A stretch of DNA of 64,000 bases from Candidatus Hermodarchaeota archaeon (GCA_048885925.1 JBHLLG010000002.1:1-64000); one strand, 5' to 3'. Numbered from the stretch's first letter, positions 41,901 to 51,520 are shown. The notes: a model not told the origin generated them from the letters alone. Program-made: numbers and translations.

Positions 41901-42120
41901 TTCCATCCGCAGTTGATATAATTTCATCTAAATCAGCAGAAATGCTTGTAAGAGCGTCAATTTCTAACTCACAAATATTATCTAAAACCTTGATTTCCTT
42001 ATACCAAGAAACATAAGTGTCTTTATCCTCACCAGGTTCTCCAAATGCTCTTGAGATAAAAAAGTGAATTGCATCAAGATCTGAACCGAGAATTAGAGTT
42101 CTAAAATGAAATATTGACAT
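38914..42120 (-). CDS. Large alpha-solenoid (TPR/SNAP-like) protein with N-terminal degenerate small-GTPase-like domain
   Basis: 1068 aa, predominantly helical repeats; the N-terminus FRTLILG...ELEIDA...ADGIIYFLNP...IPTIILF follows small-GTPase strand order but lacks GKT. Confidence 0.65.
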   Translation of the reverse strand: MSIFHFRTLILGSDLDAIHFFISRAFGEPGEDKDTYVSWYKEIKVLDNICELEIDALTSISADLDEIISTADGIIYFLNPIVQEESELFEMILPDIFSIKRDIPTIILFYDRNGILPISVNELLTHIWVNFPSLEAFANLAPHDFHQALQSLCLAMINSDTPLNIENAWMRFPIFIQMANIYFNNQNYLYAAQAVRKAAQIADIYNKEEFFIICEQAAYLYSKINLYLEASKILEDVDNRKSKNFKRLYADAIIREGNLYFNRNEFERAARNYEIAAHWASLEFLDKELTHEAFRSAINSWISACRVEDAFRILESLPHQAVIALLKEISDKICASADFLVKKSDFSLAKSQLYLAIDKYQRGALFDELKDLTNKLNEILITLFKQQVNQKKNSDARNTYDEIENMWDSYNVKRLNLDSTLEGLINQFLEEDLFAVATILINKLNSSKLKQKLAKIRDEFEDRYKTIKKKEVEDYLNRGIEVIRDFVENERMIIIELNTQKINEANELSKQGNYLKAANHLRKHGEYLKKIGKEEIRDQILTKSLDILLEGLEFEAFFLIFNELSIDMKSKYLTRIFPKYFQKLKDVMDLNDYKWSELVFENSINIYRKEILYDQSKEISLIFIEVIINEALRILDKESDPSGVNKAEELVKKVLNIGSKYLEKEEIKQNIFDEINYKIANIYIKLDDLHLAQVYNDKIEDKGYKAEIHGQIEKIEAKKSEIRSKKAKESRKGEEIKEMPSILENRAREALLDKEKQKRERTVYCKDALIHLKNHHYNQALEIYKSDINNLNLQNKYNLAGVSLAVASLILMREGKFDEIKKLLDETKTKLSGLAELFSNTFPVTLIEYILDMKTLHNELPSKESLAFFESLPLFEEEMMLISDILGEEYKKEEVLETEIKAVVHLKEEEIIEIDQKFGKIQSKIGDIKSGKEDSKKKRDAMRKRYYSEILELLKSQKFKEVANKYLELAYNFSKRKDLEAGTLMILLHGLSLLKAGDPLKLIKNNVNEFLNTLGINRRSVEEIFYMMLILFLIDIKLKNLSKYLPEIKGMLEFLPLFEKEKILIDIT

Positions 42121-42315
42121 GCGTTATATAGATTAATTATTCTTTTAAATTTCTACTGATTGATTGATTTTATTTCAATTATAAAGATTTTTAAACACAT
42201 AAAATTAATATTATAATTCTTATGAAATTATTTTAAAATAATAGAAATCATTTAATAATAATTAATTGAGTTTGAGAATTTATATTTTTGTTTTGATTTA
42301 TCTGGAGAATAAACA

Positions 42316-42978
42316 TTGAATTACTTAGAAAGAAATTACAATCTTATAAAAGAACGAATGATTCAGCAAATGGAAAATTCATTTATACTAGGAAGAAAGC
42401 TTATTGATTCAGAAGTAGATACAGGATTATTAAATTTTATTGTTAAACCATTAATTAAAACTTTTTATGACTATTGGTCTAAAAATGAAGCGAAATCTGG
42501 AACCTTAAAACAAATTCGAATTACATTAGATTGTGGAAAAGAAATATTACTTAATGGAAAAACTGACCAAAGTTTTAATAAAACAATTGATGATAATTTT
42601 CTAAAGTATCTAGCCAATGATCAAACGTATCTTCAGTGTTCAAAATCGCATAAAAATTATGAAAAATTAAAAAATGTTGCTAAAAGTACTTTTAAAAATT
42701 ATTTAAAAGAAGTAGTAAAGCTATTAGAAGTTAAAGATGAAATTGAAAATTATGGAGATTTATGTAGAGTGGCTTTTCCCTCGAAAGATATAGCGAAGCA
42801 AAATTTAATGAATCAATTAGAATATACAGATAAAGGTATTCAAATCGTTGAAGAAGATCCTTCTATTCTTAAAGTTCCCGTTGGAAGAAAGATTATCGTA
42901 AAAGCATTAAGAAAAGGGTTTGAAGAGACTAAAGCAGAATTCATTAAAGCTCTTGATGAAACATATAATCAAAAATAA
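42316..42978 (+). CDS. Hypothetical protein, paralog A of tandem pair
   Basis: Collinear similarity to 43036-43695 (ERNY..., DTG.LN..VKP..K.FY.YWS, GTLKQIR.TLD, LRKGFE). Confidence 0.85.
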   Translation: MNYLERNYNLIKERMIQQMENSFILGRKLIDSEVDTGLLNFIVKPLIKTFYDYWSKNEAKSGTLKQIRITLDCGKEILLNGKTDQSFNKTIDDNFLKYLANDQTYLQCSKSHKNYEKLKNVAKSTFKNYLKEVVKLLEVKDEIENYGDLCRVAFPSKDIAKQNLMNQLEYTDKGIQIVEEDPSILKVPVGRKIIVKALRKGFEETKAEFIKALDETYNQK

Positions 42979-43035
42979 TTAATTTCATGAATAATTTTAA
43001 CATTTATTTATACATCTAATTTTAGGGAAATTAAT

Positions 43036-43695
43036 ATGGATTTTATCGAAAGAAACTATGGAATTTTAGAAAAAAGGATGATCGAGCAAATGGAAACATC
43101 TCTTAATTACGGTAAAGAATTAATTGATTCTGAATTAGATACGGGTGCGTTAAACGTAGTAGTTAAGCCCATTGTCAAATCTTTTTATAATTATTGGTCA
43201 GATAAAGATGCCAAAGTGGGAACATTGAAACAAATTCGAGTCACTCTAGATTCCGCTAAAGAATTTTTAATGAATGGAGATGGTTTAAAAGAACGTTTGG
43301 ATAGAATTATTAATAGAAATTTCCCTATTTACCTAAAACATGACCAGACGGATAAACAATGTAAAAAAAATCACCATAATTACCATAAACTGAAGGAAGT
43401 AACAAAAAAATGCTTTATTACTCAGGTTGAAGAAACTTTATTATTTCTGAAAGTTAATGAGGATATTAAAAATTATAGTGATTTATCAAGAGCCGCATTT
43501 AAATCAAAGGAAAAAGCATACCAAGCATTAAAACGTCAATTGGATTATAATGAGGAAGGTATAGCAATTGTAGAAAAGGATGATAGCATTTTAAAAGTAC
43601 CGACTGGAAAGAAAATTATTTTAAAAGTTCTTAGAAAAGGTTTTGAGTTAACGAAACAGAAATTACTTGAAGAACTTGATCAAATTTTTAATTAA
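43036..43695 (+). CDS. Hypothetical protein, paralog B of tandem pair
   Basis: See paralog A. Confidence 0.85.
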   Translation: MDFIERNYGILEKRMIEQMETSLNYGKELIDSELDTGALNVVVKPIVKSFYNYWSDKDAKVGTLKQIRVTLDSAKEFLMNGDGLKERLDRIINRNFPIYLKHDQTDKQCKKNHHNYHKLKEVTKKCFITQVEETLLFLKVNEDIKNYSDLSRAAFKSKEKAYQALKRQLDYNEEGIAIVEKDDSILKVPTGKKIILKVLRKGFELTKQKLLEELDQIFN

Positions 43696-43743
43696 TATTT
43701 AATCTTGTTTAAAATTAAAATATAGAGCGCGTTATTATTCACA

Positions 43744-44790
43744 TTGAATGAAATTCCTAAAGATATAGAAAGAAAAAATTATTTGCGATTTATATTTTTA
43801 AATTTATTAATCATTGCTTTTATTATAATCTCTTACGTATATATTTCTGAACCTTTTGGCTCAATATCTAGTATTTTTGTAAACAATCAAGAGTTTTCAA
43901 TTCAATTTGGTACAACTCTTCTAATATTCACCTTTTTCTCTATATTAGCAGGACCAATTCATGGATTAATTACTGGATTTTTAGGAGAACTACTTTTTCA
44001 ATTAGCATTTTATGAAACTCTATATTTTGAATGGTGTTTTATTGTTGCTTTATTAGGATTTTTATTAGGAATCTACAAATACAGTCCATTAAAATATCAT
44101 GAAGGGATTAAGGTATATTATACTTTTATAATTCTAATGATTATTTCTTTAACAATTTCAGGTTTAATTATTGCAATTCAATTTTTCCTTTATGCAGACC
44201 AACAATCACTTGAAATAATTGTTATCAATTATGGGTTTAAATTTTTTCTTATAGCCCTTATTTCAATTATATTTATAATTCCTATATTATTGTTTATATA
44301 TGATAGAATTTTTGCTAAAGAGGAACAAAATTTATATTACTTATTTTTAACCCACCATCCTCTTTCTGCAATTGATCACACCTTTTTTCTTCAATTTGGT
44401 CGAACTAAAATATATTTCTGTACAAGATGCTCGGGAGTCATAATCGGAGGGTTGATAGCGTTATTTTCAACATATTTATTACAGAAAATTTATCAAGTGG
44501 AATTTGGTGCTGAAATTGCTTTACTTCTTTGTATTATCCTCCCTATCCCAGGAATAATTGACTGGGGAACTCAAAGACTTTTATTAAGAAAAAGTACCAC
44601 AGAATCTAGAATATTTACAGGATTTATTATAGGAACTGCTCTACATTTCATGTCTTACACGTATAAATATTATTTTTATACATTATTAATCCTAATAATT
44701 TATTTTTCAATATTTGGACTTTTTGTGTATTTTGGTCATAGAAAAGAAATGCAACTTTTAAGAGAAGATGTAGATAAGATTCCTATTTAA
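43744..44790 (+). CDS. Membrane protein: ECF S-component-like N-terminal domain + DUF2085-like domain
   Basis: FSILAGPIHGLITGFLGELL resembles S-components; YFCTRCSG...IDWGTQ...RIFTG resembles DUF2085. Confidence 0.6.
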   Translation: MNEIPKDIERKNYLRFIFLNLLIIAFIIISYVYISEPFGSISSIFVNNQEFSIQFGTTLLIFTFFSILAGPIHGLITGFLGELLFQLAFYETLYFEWCFIVALLGFLLGIYKYSPLKYHEGIKVYYTFIILMIISLTISGLIIAIQFFLYADQQSLEIIVINYGFKFFLIALISIIFIIPILLFIYDRIFAKEEQNLYYLFLTHHPLSAIDHTFFLQFGRTKIYFCTRCSGVIIGGLIALFSTYLLQKIYQVEFGAEIALLLCIILPIPGIIDWGTQRLLLRKSTTESRIFTGFIIGTALHFMSYTYKYYFYTLLILIIYFSIFGLFVYFGHRKEMQLLREDVDKIPI

Positions 44791-44807
44791 GAATAATTGT
44801 ATAGATC

Positions 44808-45323
44808 ATGAAAAAAATACAGAATGTAATTTTTATTCACGGACTTGAAAGTTCAGGAAAAGGATTCAAAGGCAGGCTACTTCAAAAAGAAATAATTGAA
44901 TGCATTACTCCAGATTTTGAAGTATATGACCCTAATATATCAATGGAAAGATTATTAAAAATTAGAATGGAACAATTATATACAATTTTAAGAGATAAAG
45001 AACCATGGATTATTATAGGGAGTAGTTTTGGTGGCTTGATGGCAACATTATATACTCTAAAAAATCCTGATAAAGTTTCTAAATTAATTTTATTAGCACC
45101 TTATTTGTTAATTCCCGAATTAATCAATAAAACTTATTCTCCAATAAATGTTCCTGTAATTATATTTCATGGTAAGTATGATAGAGTTGTCTCGTTACGC
45201 CAATCTCGTAAGTATGCTGAAAAATTATTTACTAATCTCACATACAATATAGTGGATGACGACCACTTTCTTCATAAAATGGTTGTATCTATTGATTGGA
45301 AGCTTTTAATTGAAAGATTCTGA
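44808..45323 (+). CDS. Small alpha/beta-hydrolase (YqiA/UPF0227-like esterase)
   Basis: FIHGLESS, GSSFGG, HGKYDRVV, DDH. Confidence 0.88.
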   Translation: MKKIQNVIFIHGLESSGKGFKGRLLQKEIIECITPDFEVYDPNISMERLLKIRMEQLYTILRDKEPWIIIGSSFGGLMATLYTLKNPDKVSKLILLAPYLLIPELINKTYSPINVPVIIFHGKYDRVVSLRQSRKYAEKLFTNLTYNIVDDDHFLHKMVVSIDWKLLIERF

Positions 45324-45437
45324 CTCAAACTGAATTTATATAATATAACATATCAAAAATTGGACTCCATTTTTTTTTTAATCAGTTAATCACATCTTTT
45401 TATTAAAAAAAATAAGAAAATAAAAAGTTGATAAATT

Positions 45438-45923
45438 TTGAATTGGGAGAATTTTTTTAATGATATTAATATGTGGTATAATATTTTTATCGACTGGTAT
45501 TTAGAGCAACCGATTTATGGCCAAGTGTTTGCTTTGATAGGAATAATTGCTCTTATAGCTTTATTGATTACACTTATCTATTTTATTATAAAAGGAATTG
45601 CTTATTTAGTATATTATATTTTTAAAGGATTATACTATCTTCTTAGATATATAGGTTATGGATTCTATAAACTGTTCGAAGGATTCTACTACTTAGTTTC
45701 AGGAAAATCAAAATCTTCAAATCAAATAGATCTCCAGGCAAATATTAATGAAAATTTTACTAGTGAATATCATTATAATTTAGAATATTGTAGTGAATGC
45801 GGGAGGAAATTTTCTGAAAAAATGAAATATAGCTTGGAAAGAAATGGGATGGTTTTTTGTGTGAATTGTGGAAAAAAATTCATCAGAAATAATAATCTAA
45901 AATCTATTACCCTTTCTCATTAA
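45438..45923 (+). CDS. Membrane protein with C-terminal zinc ribbon
   Basis: TM helix, Tyr/Gly-rich repeats, YCSECG...FCVNCG. Confidence 0.75.
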   Translation: MNWENFFNDINMWYNIFIDWYLEQPIYGQVFALIGIIALIALLITLIYFIIKGIAYLVYYIFKGLYYLLRYIGYGFYKLFEGFYYLVSGKSKSSNQIDLQANINENFTSEYHYNLEYCSECGRKFSEKMKYSLERNGMVFCVNCGKKFIRNNNLKSITLSH

Positions 45924-46002
45924 TGAAAATTTATATCTGTTTAAAGAAAAAAAATTAAAGTAAAGGAACAAAAATATATTTATAAAGGTGTAGTTAAAAA
46001 AT

Positions 46003-47592
46003 ATGGCTGTTTATATTTGTAGAACATGCAATTATGCATTTCCAGATGAACTTTCACATTTAATAGAAAATAATATTCAAGTATATTGTGAAAGGTGTGG
46101 TTCACCTTTTAATTTAGAAGGAGTTAAATTTAGACCTGCTCCAACTCCATATATAAGAGATAAAAAGCCATATCGTACTTTATCTGAAAGTAAATCATCT
46201 AATTTAGAAAAAGTTATTCGTAGTTTGGATAAAATATCCCTTATTCCAATAATTATATTTACTATTATTAGTTTTATTTGGATTTTTGAGATCTTTTTTG
46301 ATCCAAGCAATTGGTTTGATATTCTTTTTAGATATGGACTTCAAGGATTTATTGGATTTTTCATCATAATATATGATAGTTCTTATATTTCATCTAAAAT
46401 AAAAGAAAAAAATTATAACGTCATATTTCTTGATGCCTTCTGTTGGGGAATTTTAGGTTGTGTCCTGTACGGTACTGGCGTAATTCTTCTTATTAAAGGA
46501 ATATTTATAATTCTCTATGTAATAACTGATAAAAAGAATAATTCCTTAAAGATTTATGACTTTGGATTACTAATTAAGAATTCTCTAAATTATTTTTCAG
46601 CTAAAGCTGGCTTTTTAATTATATTATTCGGAATTTATGGGATTTATTTAGGAGATAATTATTTATTAGGATATGATACTTTAACAACTTTAAGAATATT
46701 CGATTTCTCTTTTGACATATCTGATTACTTTTTAACTTTAGCTATTTTGTTTATAATATCATTCATAGCTCTTATAATAGATTTTAAATCAAGAGGCAAA
46801 CTTAAAGAGAAAAATGAATTTAAAGTAGGAAACGCAGTTCCAATAATTATTAGAGGAATTTTAGGAGTTATATTTTTCGCTGCCGGAATTTTTATATTAT
46901 TAAAAGGAATTGTTGTTATTTTCTTATCTTTTGGAAAACCTTCTGAAATAATAAGCACCACTCCTGTAGAGGAAAAACCAGTATATTATATTCCATCTCC
47001 TCCAAGCCCTCCAAAACCTCCAGCGCCACCTATAGTTCCATATAGAGAAGTAGTGCCGTCCCAGGAAATTACTTTGAAAGATGAACAACAAAAAATTAAA
47101 GAAGTTGAACAACCAATTAGAAAAGAGCCAGAAAAGATTGAAACTCTTATAGCTAAAGAACTTGAAGAAATTCCTATTAAAGTAGATAAAGAAGAAAAAG
47201 CAAAAAGGGAAGAAGAATTTGAATTAAAATTGCATGATTCTCTTTTACCTGTTAAAGATGAAAAAGATAAGAAATTAGTTAAAGAATATTTCTCAAAAAT
47301 ATTTGCTGTACTTTCAAAGGAATTAAGGAATCAAATAAATGATTTAAAAATTTCTAAAAAAGAGAAGAAGGAATTATTAGAAGAGCTAGCCTTCTTAACA
47401 AAAGAGGAGCAAGTAAAATATATTGCTGCTTTAGTTGATTTATACAAAGAAATACCCAAAAAATTAATTAACAGGATTCGTAAGCTTCCTAATGTTAAAC
47501 CTAAACATTATGATAAGATTGTAGAACAACTGAAATATATGGATTATGAGGAACAAATAAAGTTCATTCAATTTTTAGAGGAAAACGCCTAA
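46003..47592 (+). CDS. Zinc-ribbon multi-TM protein with proline-rich linker and helical C-terminal domain
   Basis: CRTC...CERCG; about 8 TM helices; PSPPSPPKPPAPP. Confidence 0.75.
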   Translation: MAVYICRTCNYAFPDELSHLIENNIQVYCERCGSPFNLEGVKFRPAPTPYIRDKKPYRTLSESKSSNLEKVIRSLDKISLIPIIIFTIISFIWIFEIFFDPSNWFDILFRYGLQGFIGFFIIIYDSSYISSKIKEKNYNVIFLDAFCWGILGCVLYGTGVILLIKGIFIILYVITDKKNNSLKIYDFGLLIKNSLNYFSAKAGFLIILFGIYGIYLGDNYLLGYDTLTTLRIFDFSFDISDYFLTLAILFIISFIALIIDFKSRGKLKEKNEFKVGNAVPIIIRGILGVIFFAAGIFILLKGIVVIFLSFGKPSEIISTTPVEEKPVYYIPSPPSPPKPPAPPIVPYREVVPSQEITLKDEQQKIKEVEQPIRKEPEKIETLIAKELEEIPIKVDKEEKAKREEEFELKLHDSLLPVKDEKDKKLVKEYFSKIFAVLSKELRNQINDLKISKKEKKELLEELAFLTKEEQVKYIAALVDLYKEIPKKLINRIRKLPNVKPKHYDKIVEQLKYMDYEEQIKFIQFLEENA

Positions 47593-47594
47593 AA

Positions 47595-48488
47595 ATGTCT
47601 TTAGAAAAAAAAAGAGAACCTAGAGGAACTAAAGAGAAAGAAGAGCTCCAAGAGAGTTCATTTAGGCGACTTGATTTTAAACCATTACAAGAAGTAGTCG
47701 AACTAGAAGAGAAAAAATTAGATAAAGAGGAAATAGTTGAAGAATTAACTGAAATAGAAAAGGATGTATTAGAAATTGCTAAAGATATCTTAAAATTAAA
47801 GCGTTATGGTACTGAGTTTGAAATTGAATCGGAAAGTCAAATCCAAAAATATCCAATAATTGAGAAGTTATATGCTAAATGTATTGCTAAACTTTCTTAT
47901 AAGAAAGGATATAGTAAAGAAGAAATTTTTCTAGGCATAAGAAGTTTAGAGGCGAAAAATTGGATCGTAACAAATGAGAGACGTACTAAATTAGAGATCC
48001 TTAGTAATGAAAAATTGGTAAAAATACTTGATTTCATTAAAAATAACCCGGGAATCCATGCTAGAGATGATAAAATCGAGGAAGAATTAGAAATAACCAG
48101 AACTCCTTTTTTAAAACACGTAATGACACTTGAAAGATTTAATCTGATAAGATCTAAAAAAATAGGAAAAACTCTTCATTATTTTTTAAGTGATATGCCA
48201 GATGATTATGATAAATTTAAAGTTATTTTTCTAAATCCTTTAATTCCCAAAATTTTAGAAGAATTATTTAAAGATGAAGAAATTTCAGTTTCTCAGATTG
48301 GAGAAAATTTAGATATGTATTCTGGTACAATTTTATACCATATTAAAAAATTAAAAGAACTTAATCTTATAAGAACTACAAGAAATAAATCTAACAACAA
48401 AATATTTTTGGTAAATTTTGAGCTTCTCAAAAAATATAATACCTTTTTTGATGAACCCGATTTTAGTCAGCTGCTAAAAGGATTTTAA
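47595..48488 (+). CDS. Double winged-helix-turn-helix regulator
   Basis: ILDFIKNNPGIH...KHVMTLERFNLI and ISVSQIGENLDMYSGTILYHIKKLKELNLI. Confidence 0.8.
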   Translation: MSLEKKREPRGTKEKEELQESSFRRLDFKPLQEVVELEEKKLDKEEIVEELTEIEKDVLEIAKDILKLKRYGTEFEIESESQIQKYPIIEKLYAKCIAKLSYKKGYSKEEIFLGIRSLEAKNWIVTNERRTKLEILSNEKLVKILDFIKNNPGIHARDDKIEEELEITRTPFLKHVMTLERFNLIRSKKIGKTLHYFLSDMPDDYDKFKVIFLNPLIPKILEELFKDEEISVSQIGENLDMYSGTILYHIKKLKELNLIRTTRNKSNNKIFLVNFELLKKYNTFFDEPDFSQLLKGF

Positions 48489-48503
48489 TTAAAGAATTTT
48501 AGA

Positions 48504-49388
48504 TTATAATAATTCGTTTTTAATTTTTGGTAAATTATTTATCACAAGTTTAATTGCATTATTAATACCAGTTTCCATATCTGGATGGATTTCATTTGAA
48601 TTAAGTAAATCGTATTTTGGATGACCTGGTAAATCTGAAACTGAAAGAATTGATATTGTTTTTAAATTATAGATTTTACCCAGTAAAAACAATATAGAGG
48701 ATTCCATATCAATAGATTGAACATTAATTGAACTTAATGCTCTAATAAAATCTAAACTCTCACAGAATAAAGCATCAGTAGTCCATAAGTTGGTTTCTTT
48801 AACTCTATTTTTAACAGATATTGAATCATTTCCTATAAAGAGTCGTTTTAACATTTCATGTGGTCTAGAGATGAAGACAGTCTGATTACCAGTAAAAATG
48901 TTTTGAAATCTTGCTATAGGATTTAAAATTGACTCTAATTCATTTACTAGAGAAGGATTTTCCCTTATATAATTAGGACTTGTACCATCATCACAATAAG
49001 CTAGTTTTGGGACTAAAATGTCACCAATATTTATTGGAAAATTCTCACTTTCTATTCCTCCGCACACATCGATTCTAATGATTATTTTTGTTTTACATCG
49101 TTTTAATGCTTCTATCGCCATTGCACAATTCGGAGCACCAATTAAGGAACGGACAATACTCACTCGGGTATTGCTTAATTCCCCATTGTATACTCTTCCA
49201 AAATTACGTTTATTTTGTAATTTCTGCAATAATTTTTTCATAACAATTTTAATGGCAGGGAGGATTACTATTTCATTTACATTTGAGGGACTCGTTTCAA
49301 GAAGCATCCGTACAATTTTTTCATCAATACTAATAAATTTCAATCCTATATTTAACAACTCACTTTTTATTCTATTCAACATTTTCAA
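48504..49388 (-). CDS. Nucleoside phosphorylase (PNP/UDP family 1)
   Basis: IGAPNCAMAIEAL, IGDILVP...DDGTS, WTTDALF, IDMESS, SVSD. Confidence 0.82.
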   Translation of the reverse strand: MKMLNRIKSELLNIGLKFISIDEKIVRMLLETSPSNVNEIVILPAIKIVMKKLLQKLQNKRNFGRVYNGELSNTRVSIVRSLIGAPNCAMAIEALKRCKTKIIIRIDVCGGIESENFPINIGDILVPKLAYCDDGTSPNYIRENPSLVNELESILNPIARFQNIFTGNQTVFISRPHEMLKRLFIGNDSISVKNRVKETNLWTTDALFCESLDFIRALSSINVQSIDMESSILFLLGKIYNLKTISILSVSDLPGHPKYDLLNSNEIHPDMETGINNAIKLVINNLPKIKNELL

Positions 49389-49560
49389 TCTTACTCTTGA
49401 TTTATTCTAATTAACCAAAATTGAATTTTTAGTTATAATCTAAAAGTTCTACACTAATTATTTATCTACTTATAATTTTTAAGAAAATAATTTAATATCT
49501 TATTAAAATACATTTATTTATATAAACTAGTGTGAATTTTGCGTTTAAAGTGGTTCTTTA

Positions 49561-50853
49561 ATGAATAATAGATTTATAGTAGATAGCAAAATTACAAACG
49601 ATTTTGTTGAGGCCTACACAAAAACAACCTATAGAATAGTTGGAGAAAATAAGCATTCATCCACCAAACCATGTCATTGGCTTGAACAACGATTAATGAC
49701 TGGAAGAAATAATCGTAATTGTTATAAAGATATTTTTGGTATCCAAAGTCATAGATGTTTACAAAATACTCCTTCATTACCCTTTTGTAATCATCAGTGT
49801 ACTTTTTGTTGGAGGGATATAGAATCAGGATCCCTTGGGAGTGAATTTATTGTTGAACCAGATGATCCGAAGTTACTTGTTGATGAAATGTTAAGACACC
49901 ATAAAGATATTATTGAAAACCATTTGCCATTGAGACGTTATCTTGATAATTATGAAATAATGATTGATATTCTGTATTATATGCTTTTAAATAGTCGTCA
50001 AAACTTTAATATAAATTCATTAGCTAACAAAATTCACGTTTCAAAAAATAAAATTGAACGGGCAATCATACTTCTAAAAAATCAAGAATTTATTAAGTTA
50101 ATCAATCAATCATCTAATGAATTTGGATTGGATGATGATATCAAATGTTGCATTGGTTCTAAGGAGGAATTAGAAGTATTAATCAAAAGATCATTAACTA
50201 CACCTGATGAGATAATGCAGGCTCATAGTGAAGCAATGATCCCAAATCATGCAGCAATTTCACTCGATGGCGAACCCCTTTTATACCCAAGAATTTCTGA
50301 ATTTGTACAAGAATTTAAGAATCGTCAAATGACAACATTCATAGTCACTAATGGTACATTACCAGAAAAAATAGAAAGCTTAGATCCTAGCCCTTCGCAG
50401 TTGTATATAACTCTAGCTGCTCCGAATGAAGAAATATATAAAAAAATTTGTCGTCCGATGATTAAAAATGGTTGGGATAAAATCATGAATAGTTTAGATT
50501 TAATTAATTCTTTATCTTTTAGAACAGTTGTACGATTGACTGCTGTAAAGAATCTTACGATAAATGAACATTTTATTAATGATTACGCTAAAATAATAGA
50601 AAAAGCAAATCCTAACTTTTTTGAAATTAAAGGATTTACATTGCAAGCAAAAGCACTGTTAATAAAGGAAAGATTGAAGAGTGAGAAACAGATTCAATAT
50701 TATTTCCCTGAATATGATTATTTGGAAGATTTAGTACTGAAATTTGAAGAAAAGAGTGGTTTTCCACTTATCTATAAAAATAAAGCTAGTAGAGATTTTT
50801 TATTTGCTGTTAATTGGGATAGAAGCAAAAATCCTAAAATAAGCCATCCTTAA
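49561..50853 (+). CDS. taw1: 4-demethylwyosine synthase Taw1/TYW1 (radical SAM) with internal insertion
   Basis: HSSTKPCHW, CYKDIFGIQSHRCLQNTP, CNHQCTFCWR, HAAISLDGEP, VTNGT, QLYITL. Confidence 0.93.
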   Translation: MNNRFIVDSKITNDFVEAYTKTTYRIVGENKHSSTKPCHWLEQRLMTGRNNRNCYKDIFGIQSHRCLQNTPSLPFCNHQCTFCWRDIESGSLGSEFIVEPDDPKLLVDEMLRHHKDIIENHLPLRRYLDNYEIMIDILYYMLLNSRQNFNINSLANKIHVSKNKIERAIILLKNQEFIKLINQSSNEFGLDDDIKCCIGSKEELEVLIKRSLTTPDEIMQAHSEAMIPNHAAISLDGEPLLYPRISEFVQEFKNRQMTTFIVTNGTLPEKIESLDPSPSQLYITLAAPNEEIYKKICRPMIKNGWDKIMNSLDLINSLSFRTVVRLTAVKNLTINEHFINDYAKIIEKANPNFFEIKGFTLQAKALLIKERLKSEKQIQYYFPEYDYLEDLVLKFEEKSGFPLIYKNKASRDFLFAVNWDRSKNPKISHP

Positions 50854-50859
50854 AAATTA

Positions 50860-51495
50860 TTAAATTTTCTCTAAATAATATTTTCGTATAATTCGATTTA
50901 ACTGTGTTAAATTTATTTTTTTTAATGCTGAAAATTCTAAATATGGTAAATTCAACTTATCTTGAAACTTAAAATCATTTAAATGAATTAAGTTCAAACC
51001 AAATTCTTTTGCTGATTCAACAAATAAAGAGATTATTTTTTTTTTATCAAAATTGGATACTTTATCGATTTTATTAAATAAAATAAGAAGAGGAATACTA
51101 AATTCATTTAGAAATTGAATCAATTCAAAACTTAAAGGCATTTTTTTCTTATTTTGAAGGAAATGTTTCTTTAGCTCATCTTCAATTCGAAGAATATTTA
51201 TAACTACTAGTCCAAAAAAATACTCGTCATGGTGCTTTTCAATATGAATAACTATTTGATTCTTAATGTGTTCTTCTCTTCGATGGCTTGTTTTCTTCAT
51301 AAAACCAAATCCAGGTAAATCTACTATTTGATATGATAAATTAGGCTGCGAAATAGGTTTTATCAATAAAGTACTACCCGGAATTTTGCCAGTTTTACCT
51401 TTAAATTTTCTAGGATTTGGTAAAAGTAAACGAGTTATTGAAGATTTCCCCACATTTGAATTTCCTATTATTAGCAAGGAAGGTTTTTTTTTCAT
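50860..51495 (-). CDS. EngB/YihA-like GTP-binding protein
   Basis: GNSNVGKSS, PGST, DLPGFG, NKIDK, FSALKKIN. Confidence 0.88.
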   Translation of the reverse strand: MKKKPSLLIIGNSNVGKSSITRLLLPNPRKFKGKTGKIPGSTLLIKPISQPNLSYQIVDLPGFGFMKKTSHRREEHIKNQIVIHIEKHHDEYFFGLVVINILRIEDELKKHFLQNKKKMPLSFELIQFLNEFSIPLLILFNKIDKVSNFDKKKIISLFVESAKEFGLNLIHLNDFKFQDKLNLPYLEFSALKKINLTQLNRIIRKYYLEKI

Positions 51496-51520
51496 TTTTT
51501 AGATCTAATATATAAAAAAT

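Noticed and set aside
49915-50215. Intein or intron in taw1
   Set aside because: No Cys/Ser...His-Asn intein termini, no LAGLIDADG motif, no stop or frameshift; it looks like a wHTH domain insertion.
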